From assembly GCA_964016885.1 (NCBI GenBank), contig OZ024741.1:395436001-395500000 (forward strand): a stretch of DNA of 64,000 nucleotides, written 5' to 3'. A program made the position numbers and the translations under genes. Below the pieces are notes generated by a model. The model worked only from the letters and a program-made list of their open reading frames with translations, ran no database searches and was not told the DNA's origin. The stretch is from Eledone cirrhosa (taxonomy: Eukaryota). Shown piece by piece: positions 38,900 to 51,867 of the stretch (positions within the stretch are counted from its first letter, which is position 1; every line of letters starts with the position of its first letter).

Positions 38900-39765
38900 G
38901 TGGTTACACAACAGTTAGTTCACCATACCGAGAACAATTGTTTCACCTTTGCGGATGTTCAGCTCGGGATGTGTGTGGTTATAGGAACAGGAAGGACAAC
39001 CGTACGAACGCGCATGCGCAGAAACTCGGTCACTTCACACAGGCAATACTAGACTGCGTACGGGGGGTGTAACTGCGAAAGTCCGGAAAGTTTTTTGATT
39101 GAAAATAAAATAAAAAAATTAAAAATAAAATTAGAAAGAATCAGTCCGGAGCCTTGTAGTTATGCAATAGATGTTTGATGACGTGTGGACAACGTGTGAA
39201 AAATTCACTCCTCGTGTTTAGGCAATCACTATTGCGTAATCTCTTTAGGATAGTTATTCGTTCGTCAATACATAAGCCGCACGTCGGATTTCCCCTTGCG
39301 TATGGCTTGGAGTTAGTGATGGCTTTCTATTGAATGGAGTACCCTATACTTGAGTCCTTGAGGGACCATACGTGGCTTGCGAGTTTCATGGATGAACGTC
39401 TGTCCGGGTATCTGAAGGTAGACTGGTGGTTCAGGAAACGCTCCTTGAATCGGCCCTCCGCATGCCCACATTGGATTTGACCTCCTGTGGTTCGTTTGGT
39501 CGGTTGGAAGTGACCACAACTTCATAGATTACAGCTGGTGTGTTGCATTGTTGTTGAAGGGGGCAAGCTTCAGGCAAGAGCACCCTGGTGGGGTGTTGCT
39601 CCTAGGGCTGCTGGTGATGTGGGCTTTCATGTTCTTAGTGCAGGAGTATCCTAGTTTAAAGTTGTGTCGGTTAAAGATGGAGCGGTATTTATGACCTATG
39701 GGGAAGTGTCTATCTAAGAGGGCTAGAAATTTGTTTCCTACATTGGTTTTAACGTTGAGTGAGAA
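38900..39765 (-). mobile_element. Penelope-like element (Naiad-like) 3' fragment, frameshifted, not evident from the ORF track
   Basis: Manual translation: NVKTNVGNKFLALLDRHFPIGHKYRSIFNRHNFKLGYSCTKNM; CSC..CPLQQQC..VIYEV; FKERFLNH; LASHVWSLK; CGLCIDERITI; LNTRSEFFTRCPH. Confidence 0.85.
38928..38967 (-). ncRNA. Degenerate minimal hammerhead (G8C) downstream of the Naiad-like ORF
   Basis: CCGAG-CUGAACA-uCC(gcaaa)GGu-GAA-ACAAUUGU-U^-CUCGG; perfectly palindromic stem III. Confidence 0.65.
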
Positions 39766-39852
39766 GGGAGGAGAGAACCAGATAGTTTGTCTATTGATGC
39801 GCTTACTTTTCTTAATGGTGTTGTTGCTAGTGGGAGTGTAGGTGATAGGTTG

Positions 39853-40005
39853 TGAGAAGCTGTATAAAAAAGTGCAGGGCGATAAAAGTAGACGGTAGCC
39901 ACGGAGTAGGCAGACCCAGAAAAACCTGGGACAACTTGATAAATTCCGACCTCACACACTTACACCTCACCAAGACAATGTCATTGGACCGAGATATTTG
40001 GCGCT
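39853..40005 (+). mobile_element. RTE family B ORF-end fragment
   Basis: SCIKKCRAIKVDGSHGVGRPRKTWD...SLDRDIWRY. Confidence 0.8.
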
Positions 40006-40233
40006 ATATATATATATGTATTATATATATATATATATTCAGGTTTGAGGTTCACCACTGTATAGAGCTGGTCTATTCCGTATGGTCAATCGTAATGCAA
40101 TAATATAGAGAGTACTCAACGTAAGGCAGTTCAACCGTCTTTGTTTTTGTAGTTGGTGGTGCTATTACGGAGTTAAATATTATAATGAAATGACAGGAGG
40201 GTGGATTTATGTAAATCCTTAAAAGGTTTATTA

Positions 40234-40289
40234 TACTATGATCATTTCAATGACCGGGTTCCGTATGAATCCGGTGATATCATCAGGTA
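40234..40289 (-). ncRNA. Minimal type I hammerhead motif
   Basis: UAC-CUGAUGA-[ACCGG/CCGGU, UUC/GAA stem II]-GAA-AUGAUCAU-A^-GUA; palindromic stem III. Confidence 0.7.
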
Positions 40290-40378
40290 TTCGAAATATA
40301 ATACGTGAATGTAATAGATAAAATCCATGGGGCTGAAAATCGAGGACCCGAGGGCGACCGCTATTCTGTTCCTTCAAC

Positions 40379-40411
<33 letters not shown>

Positions 40412-40442
40412 TATATATATATACACACATATATATATATAT

Positions 40443-40483
<41 letters not shown>

Positions 40484-40492
40484 TATATATAT

Positions 40493-40657
<165 letters not shown>

Positions 40658-40668
40658 TATATATATAT

Positions 40669-40745
<77 letters not shown>

Positions 40746-40818
40746 TATATATATATACACATATATATATATATATATACACATATATATATATATATAT
40801 ATACACATATATATATAT

Positions 40819-40859
<41 letters not shown>

Positions 40860-40860
40860 T

Positions 40861-43800
40861 CATCATCATCATCATCATCAACGTTTAACGTCCGTGTTCC
40901 ACGCTTGCATGGGTTTGGACGGGGGTAGTCCCACTTGAGGCAAGAGTGATTGTCTTGCTCGCATAGGACTGTCTGGCAGGTTTTCTACAGTTGGATGCCC
41001 TTCCTAACACCAACCACATTTACAGTGTGGGTCTGGGAGGTTTTTACCGTGTTGCCTACACGGCCACATTACAGCGTGGACTGTGTGTTTTTTTGTCGTG
41101 ACACCTACACGATCTCATTTGTTTCGGCCTCGATGGCGCGGCACCAACATAACTTTACATAGAACGGGGTGGTGTGGATCGGGTGGGGGTGGGGGTGGTG
41201 GGACGGGGTGTATTTTGTTAGAGATGCCTACTGGCTGGAGTAGGTTTTACTATATATTTAGGTAAGGCGGGTCTTCTCTGTTACTGAGTACCGCCAAAGG
41301 TCTCGGTCCAGTGACATTGTCTTGGAGAGGTGTAAGTGTGTGATGTCGGAGTTTATCAGCTCGTCCCAGGTTTTTCTAGGTCTGCCTATTCCGTGACTAC
41401 CGTCTATCTTTATTGCCCTGCACTTTGTTATACAGCTATCGACTTTCATGCGCATCACGTGTCCATACCAACGTAGCCTTCTCTCGAGTAAACAACATCT
41501 GATCCCTCTTATCTCTAATTTTTTCCTTAGTTCGTTTATGCTTTGCCGTTCACGTATATTACTGTTACACATCCAGCGGAGCATGCAAGCTTCGTTCCTC
41601 TCTAGTCTGCGTATATCCTCTGCACACAATGCCCAGGTCTCACTGCCATGCAGCATTGCTGTTCGTATGCAGGCATCGTACAACCTGCCTTTCATTTTTA
41701 GTGAGAACCCTTTAGCAGCTAATAGTGGTATAAGCTCTCTGAACTTTTTCCAACCAGTTCTGACTCTAGCTACAGTACTTTCAGAGCACCCTCCCCCACT
41801 GCTGATTTTATCGCCCAGGTAACGGAAGCTGTCCACTATTTCTATAGAACCCTCTGCGCAATTGAAAGAGCTAGTAGTTTGTGGGCACTTGCTGCTACTT
41901 ATTGCACCAGAGCACCGGCCACATGTAAAATCTATGTTCTTAGTTAGCTTACCTGTGATCCCACTACATCTTTTATGCACCCATACTTTGCATTTAGGAC
42001 ATAAAATGGAGTTTCTACCTACGCCTTTCCTACACACCGAGCACGACCATTTCCCAGAAGGGACCGCCGCCTTGTTTTCTTTCCTACAAACTAGTACTTT
42101 GGTCTTAGCCAGGTTAATTTTAAGTCCTTTTGACTCTAGGCCGTGCTTCCATGTTTGGAATTTCTTCTCTAGCTCGGCCATTGATTCCGCTATGAGTGTC
42201 AGGTCGTCTGCGTATAGGAGTTCCCATGGGCAGCCTGTCTTGAACTCCTCTGTTATAGCCTGAAGGGCAATAATAAATAGTAGTGGACTGAGAACAGAGC
42301 CCTGATGGACGCCGACTTTTACGCTAAACTCTTCACTATATTCGTTGTTAATTCTAACCTTGCTGACTGTTTCTTTATACATGGCTTGTATAGCCCTCAC
42401 AAGCCATTCGTCAACGCCTAGTTTTCTAAGAGCCCACCAGATAATGGAGCGGGGGACTCTGTCGAAGGCTTTCTCCAAGTCGACAAAAGCTAAGTAGAGG
42501 GGTTTACCTTTAGCTAGGTACTTCTCTTGTAGTTGTCGTACTATGAAAAGAGCGTCTGTGGTACTTTTGCCTGACACAAACCCGAACTGCATTTCATCTA
42601 GGTCAATTCTCTCTCTGATTAGTTGCGCTATTACTCTTTCCGTGACCTTCATGACCTGGTCGATTAATTTAATGCCTCTATAGTTACTCCTATCTAGGGC
42701 GTCTCCTTTACCCTTATAACAGTTAACGATGATGCTGCTATGCCAGTCCTTCGGAACAACCCCGTTCTGTACGACTTGGTTAACTATGCGGGTGACCATG
42801 GTGTGTCCCACCGTGCCAGATGCCTTCAGCATCTCAGCAACTATTTCCGAAGGCCCAGCCGCCTTACCAGTCTTCATATCCTTGATTGCCTTACTTATTA
42901 TACTCCCCTCGACTAACACTGCTGGTCCCTCTATTGGGTCGATATGGGGGAGACTGCCTTTCTCCCAATTATTCTCCTCATTTAGAAGCCTTTCATAGTG
43001 ACACTTCCAAGCTACCTTCTTATCAGCGTCGGTGATGGCAAGTGTGCCATCGTCGTTTAGTACACACTTCTCCCCGACAATATCACGGTTTTCCTTGACG
43101 CATTGCCTAGCAATCCTGAACACCTCACGTTTTTGGTCATCGCGTTGTAGAACATGCTTGAACTTTCTTTCCTCAGCTTCCCTTCTTGCTAAGTACACTT
43201 GTCTCCTAGCTTCCCTCCTGGCCACTTGATAGTCCTCTCTACTTCCCCCATCCCGCCATACTTTCCAAGCCTGCTTTTTGGCCTTAATTGACCCCTCCAC
43301 CTTACTGTTCCACCACCATGTTACTCTCCTCCTGCCTACAGGCCTGCTCCAGCCACAGACCTCGTCTGTCGCCAACAGCAGGTTTGCTTTCAGAAATTCC
43401 CACTCTCCCTCTATATTGTCCGACTCTAAATGTTCTTCCTTACTGTCGAAAGCATCAAGTAATATGCTTTGAAATTTATTCCTGGCTGTGGGGTCCTTTA
43501 GCTTCCATATTTTCCTCCTGAGGATAGTCCTCTTCTGTTGTCGAGTACGTCTCGTCCTGACTATGAGGTCGCTAATTATCAGTCTATGTTGGGAGGTGCA
43601 TTCTTCATGGGGGAGGGATTTAGTGTTAACAACAGACACTCTGTCACGTCTTCTGGTAAGGATATAATCTACCTGGCTTGTGTGTTCCCCGGATCTATAG
43701 GTGATCAGGTGATTGTCACGTTTTTTGAAGTTAGTGTTACAGATAGTTAGGTTATTTGCATCACAGAATTCCAGGATTCTGGAGCCTTCCTCATTTCTAG

Positions 43801-44127
43801 TACCAAACCCATAGCCTCCATGGATTTCGTCGTAGCCGTCACAATGTTGTCCAACGTGACCATTTAGGTCGCCTGCGATAATTATATAGTCACTGTCGGA
43901 TATTTGGGAGGTAGTTAGCATCAGTGTCTCATAGAATCTGTCTTTTATAGTGCCGGGCAGTCCGGATTGGAGTGCGTACGCAGATATTACTGTCACCGTA
44001 GTTCTATTGAGGACAAGTCGTATTTTAATTATTCTGTCGTTCACTCTATTTACGTCTATTATCTTATCTGTCCACTTTTCTGCTACCATGATTCCTACTC
44101 CACCCAGCCCATCGTCGTTTCCCACCC
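40861..44127 (-). mobile_element. RTE LINE family B, 5'-truncated, ORF uninterrupted
   Basis: ORF 41258-~44127 with APE C-half, RT and PHD; ~390-bp 3' UTR; (GAT)n tail; the same (TA)nCACA array on both sides. Confidence 0.96.
41258..44127 (-). CDS. RTE family B APE-RT-PHD polyprotein (N-terminally truncated; the ORF-track start is microsatellite)
   Basis: GDLNGH, VDYIL, SQHRL, FVDLEKAFDRV, LYADDL, CSVC...CPKC...HKRC...CGRC. Confidence 0.9.
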
Positions 44128-44186
44128 ATATATGTGTATATATATATATATATATATACACATATATATATATATATATATATACA

Positions 44187-45612
44187 CATCATCATCATCA
44201 TCAACGTTTAACGTCCGTGTTCCACGCTTGCATGGGTTTGGACGGGGGTAGTCCCACTTGAGGCAAGAGTGATTGTCTTGCTCGCATAGGACTGTCTGGC
44301 GGGTTTTCTACAGCTGGATGCCCTTCCTAACACCAACCACATTTACAGTGTGGGGCTGGGAGGTTTTTACCGTGTTGCCTACACGGCCACATTACAGCGT
44401 GGACTGTGTGTTTTTTGTCGTGACACCTACACGATCTCATTTGTTCCGGCCTGGATGTTGTGGCACCAACATAACTTTACATTGAAAGGGGTGGTTTGGA
44501 TGGGGTGGGGGTGGTGGGACGGGGGTGTGTTTTGTTAGAGATGCCTACTGACTGTAGTAGGTTTTACTTTGTATTTAGGTAAGGCGGGTCTTCTCTATTA
44601 CTGAGTACCGCCAAAGGTCTCGGTCCAGTGACATTGTCTTGGAGAGGTGTAAGCATGTGAGGTCGGAATTTATCATGTCGTCCCAGGTTTTTCTGGGTCT
44701 GCCTACTCCGTGGCTACCGTCTATCTTTATTGACCTGCACTTTGTTATACAGCTGTCGTCTTTCATGCGCATCACGTGACCATACCAACGTAGCCTTCTC
44801 TCGAGTAAACAACATCTGATCCCTCTTATTTCTAATTTTTTCATTAGTTCGTTTATGCTTAGCCGTTCACGTATATTACTATTACACATCCAGCGGAGCA
44901 TGCAAGCTTCGTTCCTCTCTAGTCTTCGTATATCCTCTACACACAATGCCCAGGTCTCACTGCCATGCAACATTGCTGTTCGTATGCAGGCATCATACAA
45001 CCTGCCTTTCATTTTTAGGGAGAACCCTTTAGCGGCTAATAGTGGTATAAGCTCTCTGAACTTTTTCCATCCAGTTCTGACTCTAGCTACTGTACTTTCG
45101 GAGCACCCTCCCCCACTGCTGATTTTGTCACCCAGGTAACGGAAGCTGTCCACTATTTCTATAGAACCCTCTGTGCAATTGAAAGAGCTAGTATTTTGTG
45201 AGCACTTGCTGCTACTTATTGCACCAGAGCACCGGCCACATGTAAAATCTATGTTCTTAGTTAGCTTACCTGTGATCCCACTACATCTTTTATGGACCCA
45301 TACTTTGCATTTGGGATATAAAATGGAGTTTCTACCTACGCCTTTCCTACACACTGAGCATGGCCATTTCCCGGAAGGGACCGCCGCCTTATTTTCTTTC
45401 CTACAAACTAGAACTTTAGTCTTAGCCAGGTTAATTTTAAGGCCTTTTGATTCTAGGCCGTGCTTCCATGTTTGGAATTTCTTCTCTAGCTCGGTCATTG
45501 ATTCAGCTATGAGCGTTAGATCATCTGCGTATAGGAGTTCCCATGGGCAGCCGGTCTTGAACTCCTCTGTTATAGCCTGAAGGGCAATAATAAATAGTAG
45601 GGGGCTAAGAAC
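44187..45612 (-). mobile_element. RTE LINE family B, 5'-truncated
   Basis: ORF 44575-45612 from LSPLLF through the PHD to EKTRLT; tail at 44187. Confidence 0.95.
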
Positions 45613-45664
45613 ATATACACACATATATATATATATAATAAATAGTAGGGGGCTAAGAACATAT

Positions 45665-45722
<58 letters not shown>

Positions 45723-45731
45723 ATATATATA

Positions 45732-45782
<51 letters not shown>

Positions 45783-45845
45783 ATATATATATGTGTGTGT
45801 ATATATATATATATATATGTGTGTGTATATATATATATATATATG

Positions 45846-46247
45846 TAGGAGTGCAATGTCAACTCTGGATGTCGGTGAGCATGTCCTCACTCTCCTCTGT
45901 GTCACTTTTGAGCTGACTTTTGGGATGCTCCCATACAGCTCTGAGTTTTTCATCCTCAGTGTATACTGATTAATGTTCAGAGCCATCCTCAACATTCTCG
46001 TGTAGCACCCATCCACCATCTGAGTGAGTTTCTTGGTCAGTGTCCAAGTCTCAGACCCATACAGCAGCAGTGTCCAAGTCTCAGACTCCACTACAGCAAT
46101 GAAGAGGAAGACCAAGGTTAACGTATGTTGATGCCCTAAGGACAGACACTGGTCTGTTGGAGACGCAGGACATGGCAGCGATAATGAGGGACAGAGACCG
46201 CTGGAGAGAACTCGTCCATGGATCTCGGGAATTTTACCCGCCTTAGA
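45846..46247. mobile_element. Short RTE-type insertion with an inverted 5' segment
   Basis: Minus 45846-46115: [12 protein letters not shown]...[11 protein letters not shown]. Plus 46117-46247: [11 protein letters not shown]...[11 protein letters not shown]. Confidence 0.75.
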
Positions 46248-46278
46248 TAGAGATATATATATATATATATGTATGTCA

Positions 46279-46883
46279 GGTCACCAGTTGGTGCTACTGG
46301 TAACATGTATCCCAGTACAACCTGTCTCATGGTCGGGTCGTTGGCGACTAAACTGGCAACCCCACCAAGGTTTCTTGGCGAGGAGGGTGACTTTGGACAT
46401 CCTGCAGGACTAAAAATAAAACCTGTCAAAGGGCAAATGGGCTCTTAAGAGTCAATGACGATCCAAAATCACCGGGAGAGATGACCCCTTAGCCTTTGTC
46501 AAGGCAGAATTCTAGGAGAAGGAAAACTCTGATATAACACCTGCAACCCTGATGGTATCCAATGATGTTGACTTGTTCTTCTTTTTGGTAAATATCATCT
46601 TGGTTAAGAGAGTGGGACTGGCTTTATGCAGTGCCTTTGCTCACTATAAAAGCTTCACAGCACAGGCATTGCTTTATATCTGGAGATCTCTCTGCACTTG
46701 TCGTCACATGGTACCATGGGCCCAGCTCTATGTGTCAATAATTGTTACAGGTGTAGTGTTTGTACCAGAGTTTTCAAGTCGCTGGCTGGACTAAAAAGTC
46801 ACACTTGTTTAGCGCATCGGTAGGGGTTCTCCTACATGGATATAAAGTAGTGGCCGTACTCCAAAACGAGTTGGCAGCCACCA
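46279..46883 (+). mobile_element. Bipartite non-autonomous RTE derivative (5' UTR + 3' end of a family D relative)
   Basis: 5' part aligns with 4402-3990 (minus); 3' part encodes CSVCTRVFKSLAGLKSH and ends GAGTTGGCAGCCACCATATA like position 443-460; second copy at 59803-60221. Confidence 0.85.
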
Positions 46884-46925
46884 TATATATATATATATGT
46901 GTCTATATATATATATATATATATA

Positions 46926-46967
<42 letters not shown>

Positions 46968-47065
46968 ACATATATATATATAATACATACATACATACAT
47001 ATATATATATAATACATACATACATATATATATATAATACATACATACATATATATATATATATA

Positions 47066-47096
<31 letters not shown>

Positions 47097-47176
47097 ATAC
47101 ATACATATATATATATATATATATAATACATACATACATATATATATATATATAATACATACATATATATATATAT

Positions 47177-47643
47177 CGTGTAGGTGTCACGACAAAAAAA
47201 CACACAGTCCACGCTGTAATGTGGCCGTGTAGGCAACACGGTAAAAACCTCCCAGCCCCACACTGTAAATGTGGTTGGTGTTAAGAAGGGCATCCAGCTG
47301 TAGAAAACCCGCCAGACAGTCCACGCTGTAATGTGGCCGTGTAGGCAACACGGTAAAAACCTCCCAGCCCCACACTGTAAATGTGGTTGTTGTTAGGAAG
47401 GGCATCCAGCTGTAGAAAACCCGCCAGACAGTCCACGCTGTAATGTGGCCGTGTAGGCAACACGGTAAAAACCTCCCAGCCCCACACTGTAAATGTGGTT
47501 GGTGTTAGGAAGGGCATCCAACTGTAGAAAACCCGCCAGACAGTCCTATGCGAGCAAGACAACCACTCTTGCCTCAAGTGGGAAAACCCCCGTCCAAACC
47601 CATTCAAGCGTGGAACATGGACGTTAAACGATGATGATGATGA
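47177..47643 (+). mobile_element. RTE family B 3' UTR with a 112-bp unit triplicated
   Basis: Units start at 47205, 47317 and 47429, bounded by ACAGTCC. Confidence 0.9.
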
Positions 47644-47702
<59 letters not shown>

Positions 47703-47829
47703 AAAGTTTTATTTAAAATTGTTGGGTTACAACGAGTAAATATTTTATAACTGATATAAAGCACTCAACAAGTTTTGGAGTAGATATACGATATTAAACA
47801 AATGGAAATTATATTTATAAAACCATATT

Positions 47830-47894
47830 TATTTCATTATACATATTTCAGGGATACCATATTAAAAATATGCATGCCTTCTTCAGATAAAATA
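47830..47894 (-). ncRNA. Type I hammerhead, left-arm copy
   Basis: Reverse complement of 50002-50067 with a 1-nt deletion in stem II. Confidence 0.78.
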
Positions 47895-50001
47895 CAATAT
47901 ATAAGCAGTTTTATAAATAAATTTGACGTACCATAGAATTTTGAACAACTTCCATTTAAAAAAGTTGGTTTGGTAGTGAGATGTTTGTAAATATTTAGTG
48001 TTAAGTACAGTTAGAAAAGAAAGACGGAGAGAAGGAGTAAATGTATGTAAAGAAAAACAGAGAGAGATAGAGAGAGATATGGGAGAGAGAAAAATAGTGA
48101 GGAGGTGAAAAATGAGAGGCAGCTGAGGTAACAGATGAATAATAATAATTCAACATGCAAAATGAGAGATTTAGGGGGGGGAGGGAGTACTGTAATTATT
48201 TATTTATTTATTTAGTTATAGTGTTAAGGAGACGGAGAAAAATAAAAAATAACTAAAGAGAAAACAGCGATACATAGATTACATCATGTATAGAGGGAGG
48301 AGAAGAAAGCTATATCTAGATAGAAAGATGACAGATTTACAACTTTACGTTATGTTCTATCAATTTGAATTATAATAATCATAAGTATTCTTTCACAGAT
48401 CCAGGCAAAAAATCTTCAACTTCACTATCAGGCTTACTCTGGCAACTTAAACATGATAACGTTGGATATTCGTTGTTTTGGAATATAGTCTCAAGAGGGA
48501 TTCCTTTTAATTCCTCATCTGAGACATGTGACCTCTGCGTTGAGGAGATATTCTTTATATTAAAATCTAAAAATTCCCTTAATCTAAGGAGCAATTTATT
48601 CAGTTGCTGCAGACATAGATTGAACTCAACGTTTAAATATAAATATAAATTTAAAATGTAGTATATTTAGTTAAGATATTTATTTAATTAATTATGAAAC
48701 ATGACGATAAATCTTTCGATTCCTTCAACTTTTTCTTTTTTAAACCTTCTTCGTAATTAAACTACTCTTAAATGTTGATGCTCCCAATCTATTGAATAAA
48801 TTTTACGATAGATAAACTTCTATACTAAATATAAGAGCATCTGTAGAACAACAGGGTCTCCTAAATCTTTTAAATGATTTCTGCTAAATAAGTCTTGTTG
48901 AATAATTTTGGTTTTTTGTTTGCTTTTGATTCTGATTGCTTCTAATGAACTTGGCAATGTATTGTCAGATAAATTGGAAGGGTTGATTTCTGTGGTTGAT
49001 ATGGGGGGCATACTGTGTTTTTTAAAGCCCTAGACACTCTAGGGAGTGATGAAAGTATTCTTAGCGTTTTGATATATTGATATCTGTTGTCTATTCTATA
49101 CATGAACGATAATCATGTGTGGTAGGGCAGGAATATTAATATTAATATATATTATATTTTTATGTATGTGTATGTATGTATATATATATATATAGTAAAA
49201 TCTTTTATAACGCAAAGGAAAATTTTTTCATGTGAAATAAGAAATTACAGAGCTGATCACGTATGCTCACGTGTATATCTATAGTGTCAACTAGAACTTG
49301 AGATGACCTTCTCTTTTTCTCTTTCTTTCTTTTTCCGGAAAGTACATATATACTTATGTATTTTGAAGTTTTATCTCAGGTTTTTAATATATCGACCTAA
49401 GAATTTTTAAACTAAACATATGGTCATTATTTTTCACACATTATATATCTATGTCTCATTCATGAATATTGATATCTACAGTATAATACCCAATTCATAT
49501 AAATTGATAATTCAAATTGATAGAACATAACGTAAAGTTGTAAATCTGTCATCTTTCTATCTAGATATAGCTTTCTTCTCCTCCCTCTATACATGATGTA
49601 ATCTATGTATCGCTGTTTTCTCTTTAGTTATTTTTTATTTTTCTCCGTCTCCTTAACACTATAACTAAATAAATAAATAAATAAATAATTACAATACTCC
49701 CTCCCCCACAAATCTCTCATTTTGCATGTTGAATTATTATTATTCATCTGTTACCTCAGCTGCCTCTCATTTTTCACCTCCTCACTATTTTACTCTCTCC
49801 CATATCGCTCTCTATCTCTCTCTCTATCTCTCTCTCTGTTTTTCTTTACATACATTTACTCCTTCTCTCCGTCTTTCTTTTCTAACTGTACTTAACACTA
49901 AATATTTACAAACATCTCACTACCAAACCAACTTTTTTAAATGGAAGTTGTTCAAAATTCTATGGTACGTCAAATTTATTTATAAAACTGCTTATATATT
50001 G

Positions 50002-50067
50002 TATTTTATCTGAAGAAGGCATGCCATATTTTTAATATGGTATCCCTGAAATATGTATAATGAAATA
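50002..50067 (+). ncRNA. Type I hammerhead, right-arm copy
   Basis: UAUUUUAU-CUGAAGA-AGGcAUGCCAUAUU(uuu)AAUAUGGUAUcCCU-GAA-AUAUGUAU-A^-AUGAAAUA; predicted cut after 50059. Confidence 0.82.
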
Positions 50068-50107
50068 AATATGGTTTTATAAATATAGTTTCCATTTGTT
50101 TAATATC

Positions 50108-50161
<54 letters not shown>

Positions 50162-50293
50162 CATACATACATATATATATAATACATACATACATATATA
50201 TATAATACATACATACATATATATATATAATACATACATACATATATATATATAATACATACATACATATATATATATAATACATACATACAT

Positions 50294-51300
50294 CTCTATG
50301 CTGACGATCTGGCTCTTATGGCAGAATCAGTAGAGGAGCTAGAGAATAAATTCCGGCTATGGAAACAGCAGTTGGAAGCAAGAGGACTGAGAGTAAATCT
50401 AGCTAAGACAAAAGTGTTGATGAGTAGAAAAGAGGACAAAACCCTGATTCCGTCAGGGAAATGGCCATGTTCGATATGCAGAAAAGGAACTGGCATAAAT
50501 TCTATAAAATGCACACAATGTAGGTCCTGGGTACACAAGAGATGTAGCGGGATAGCAGGCAAACTAACAGGTAGGGAGAAATATGTATGCAGTAGATGTA
50601 CAGGGAAATTAGACAGTAGAAGTCGCACTGATAGACACATTTTTCAAATGCGAGAGGGCGCTATAGAAGTGGTGGATAGCTTCCGGTACCTAGGAGATCA
50701 GATTAGCATGGGAGGAGGGTGTTCCGAGGCCATAGTATCTAGAATAAGGACGGGTTGGAAGAAGTTTAGGGAGCTGCTTCCTCTGTTGACGAAGAAGGGT
50801 TTCTCCCTGCGTACGAAAGGCCGGTTGTATGATGCCTGTGTGAGGAGCGCGATGCTGCATGGTAGTGAGACATGGGCAGCTACCGCAGAAGATATGCGAC
50901 GGCTGGAGAGAAATGAGGCAAGCATGCTCCGTTGGATGTGCAGTGTAAATGTGCGTGAACGACCCAGCATAAATGTGTTGAGAGAGAAACTGTGTCTGAG
51001 AGGGATAGAATGTAGTGTACGGGAGAGGAGACTGAGGTGGTATGGACATGTGATGCGCATGGAGGATGACCGATGGGTGAAGAAGTGCCAGGAAATGCCA
51101 GTTGAAGGAAGACGTAGTAGAGGTAGACCACGAAAAACATGGGCAGAGGTGGTGAGAACAGACCTCAGATCATTGAAGCTCACGGTGGAGATGACGAGGG
51201 ACCGTGACGAGTGGAGAGATGCTGTGCTGAATAAGACCCGTCCCACCCTTGCAAGCAGGGAAAAGCGGACGTAAAATGATGATGATGATGATGATGATGA
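50294..51300 (+). mobile_element. RTE LINE family C, 5'-truncated, with PHD finger and essentially no 3' UTR
   Basis: LYADDL...CSIC...CTQC...HKRC...CSRC...FRYLG; the ORF stops at 51274 immediately before (GAT)n. Confidence 0.93.
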
Positions 51301-51822
51301 ATACATACATACATATATATAATACATACATACATATATATAATACATACATACATATATATAATACATACATACATATATATATATAATACATACATAC
51401 ATATATATATAATACATACATACATATATATATATAATACATACATACATATATATAATACGTACATACATATATATATATAATACATACATACATATAT
51501 ATATAATACATACATACATATATATATATAATACATACATACATATATATAATACATACATATATATAATACATACATACATATATATATATAATACATA
51601 CATACATATATATATATAATACATACATACATATATATATATATAATACATACATATATATATATATATAATACATACATACATATATATATAATACATA
51701 CATACATATATATATATATAATACATACATATATATATATATAATACATACATACATATATATATAATACATACATATACATATATATATAATACATACA
51801 TATACATATATATATATATGTG

Positions 51823-51860
<38 letters not shown>

Positions 51861-51867
51861 TATATAC

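Larger units (their letters stand above)
47701..50113 (+). mobile_element. Naiad-like PLE 3' fragment with ~600-bp inverted terminal duplication
   Basis: Arms about 47784-48373 and 49507-50113; spacer encodes LSGLLWQLK...YSLFWNIV...CDLCVEEIFFI...LNLRSNLFSCCRH (endonuclease C-terminus). Confidence 0.88.

Noticed and set aside
48820-49011. Antisense 63-aa ORF inside the Naiad-like 3' region
   Set aside because: Short, single copy, no recognisable motif.
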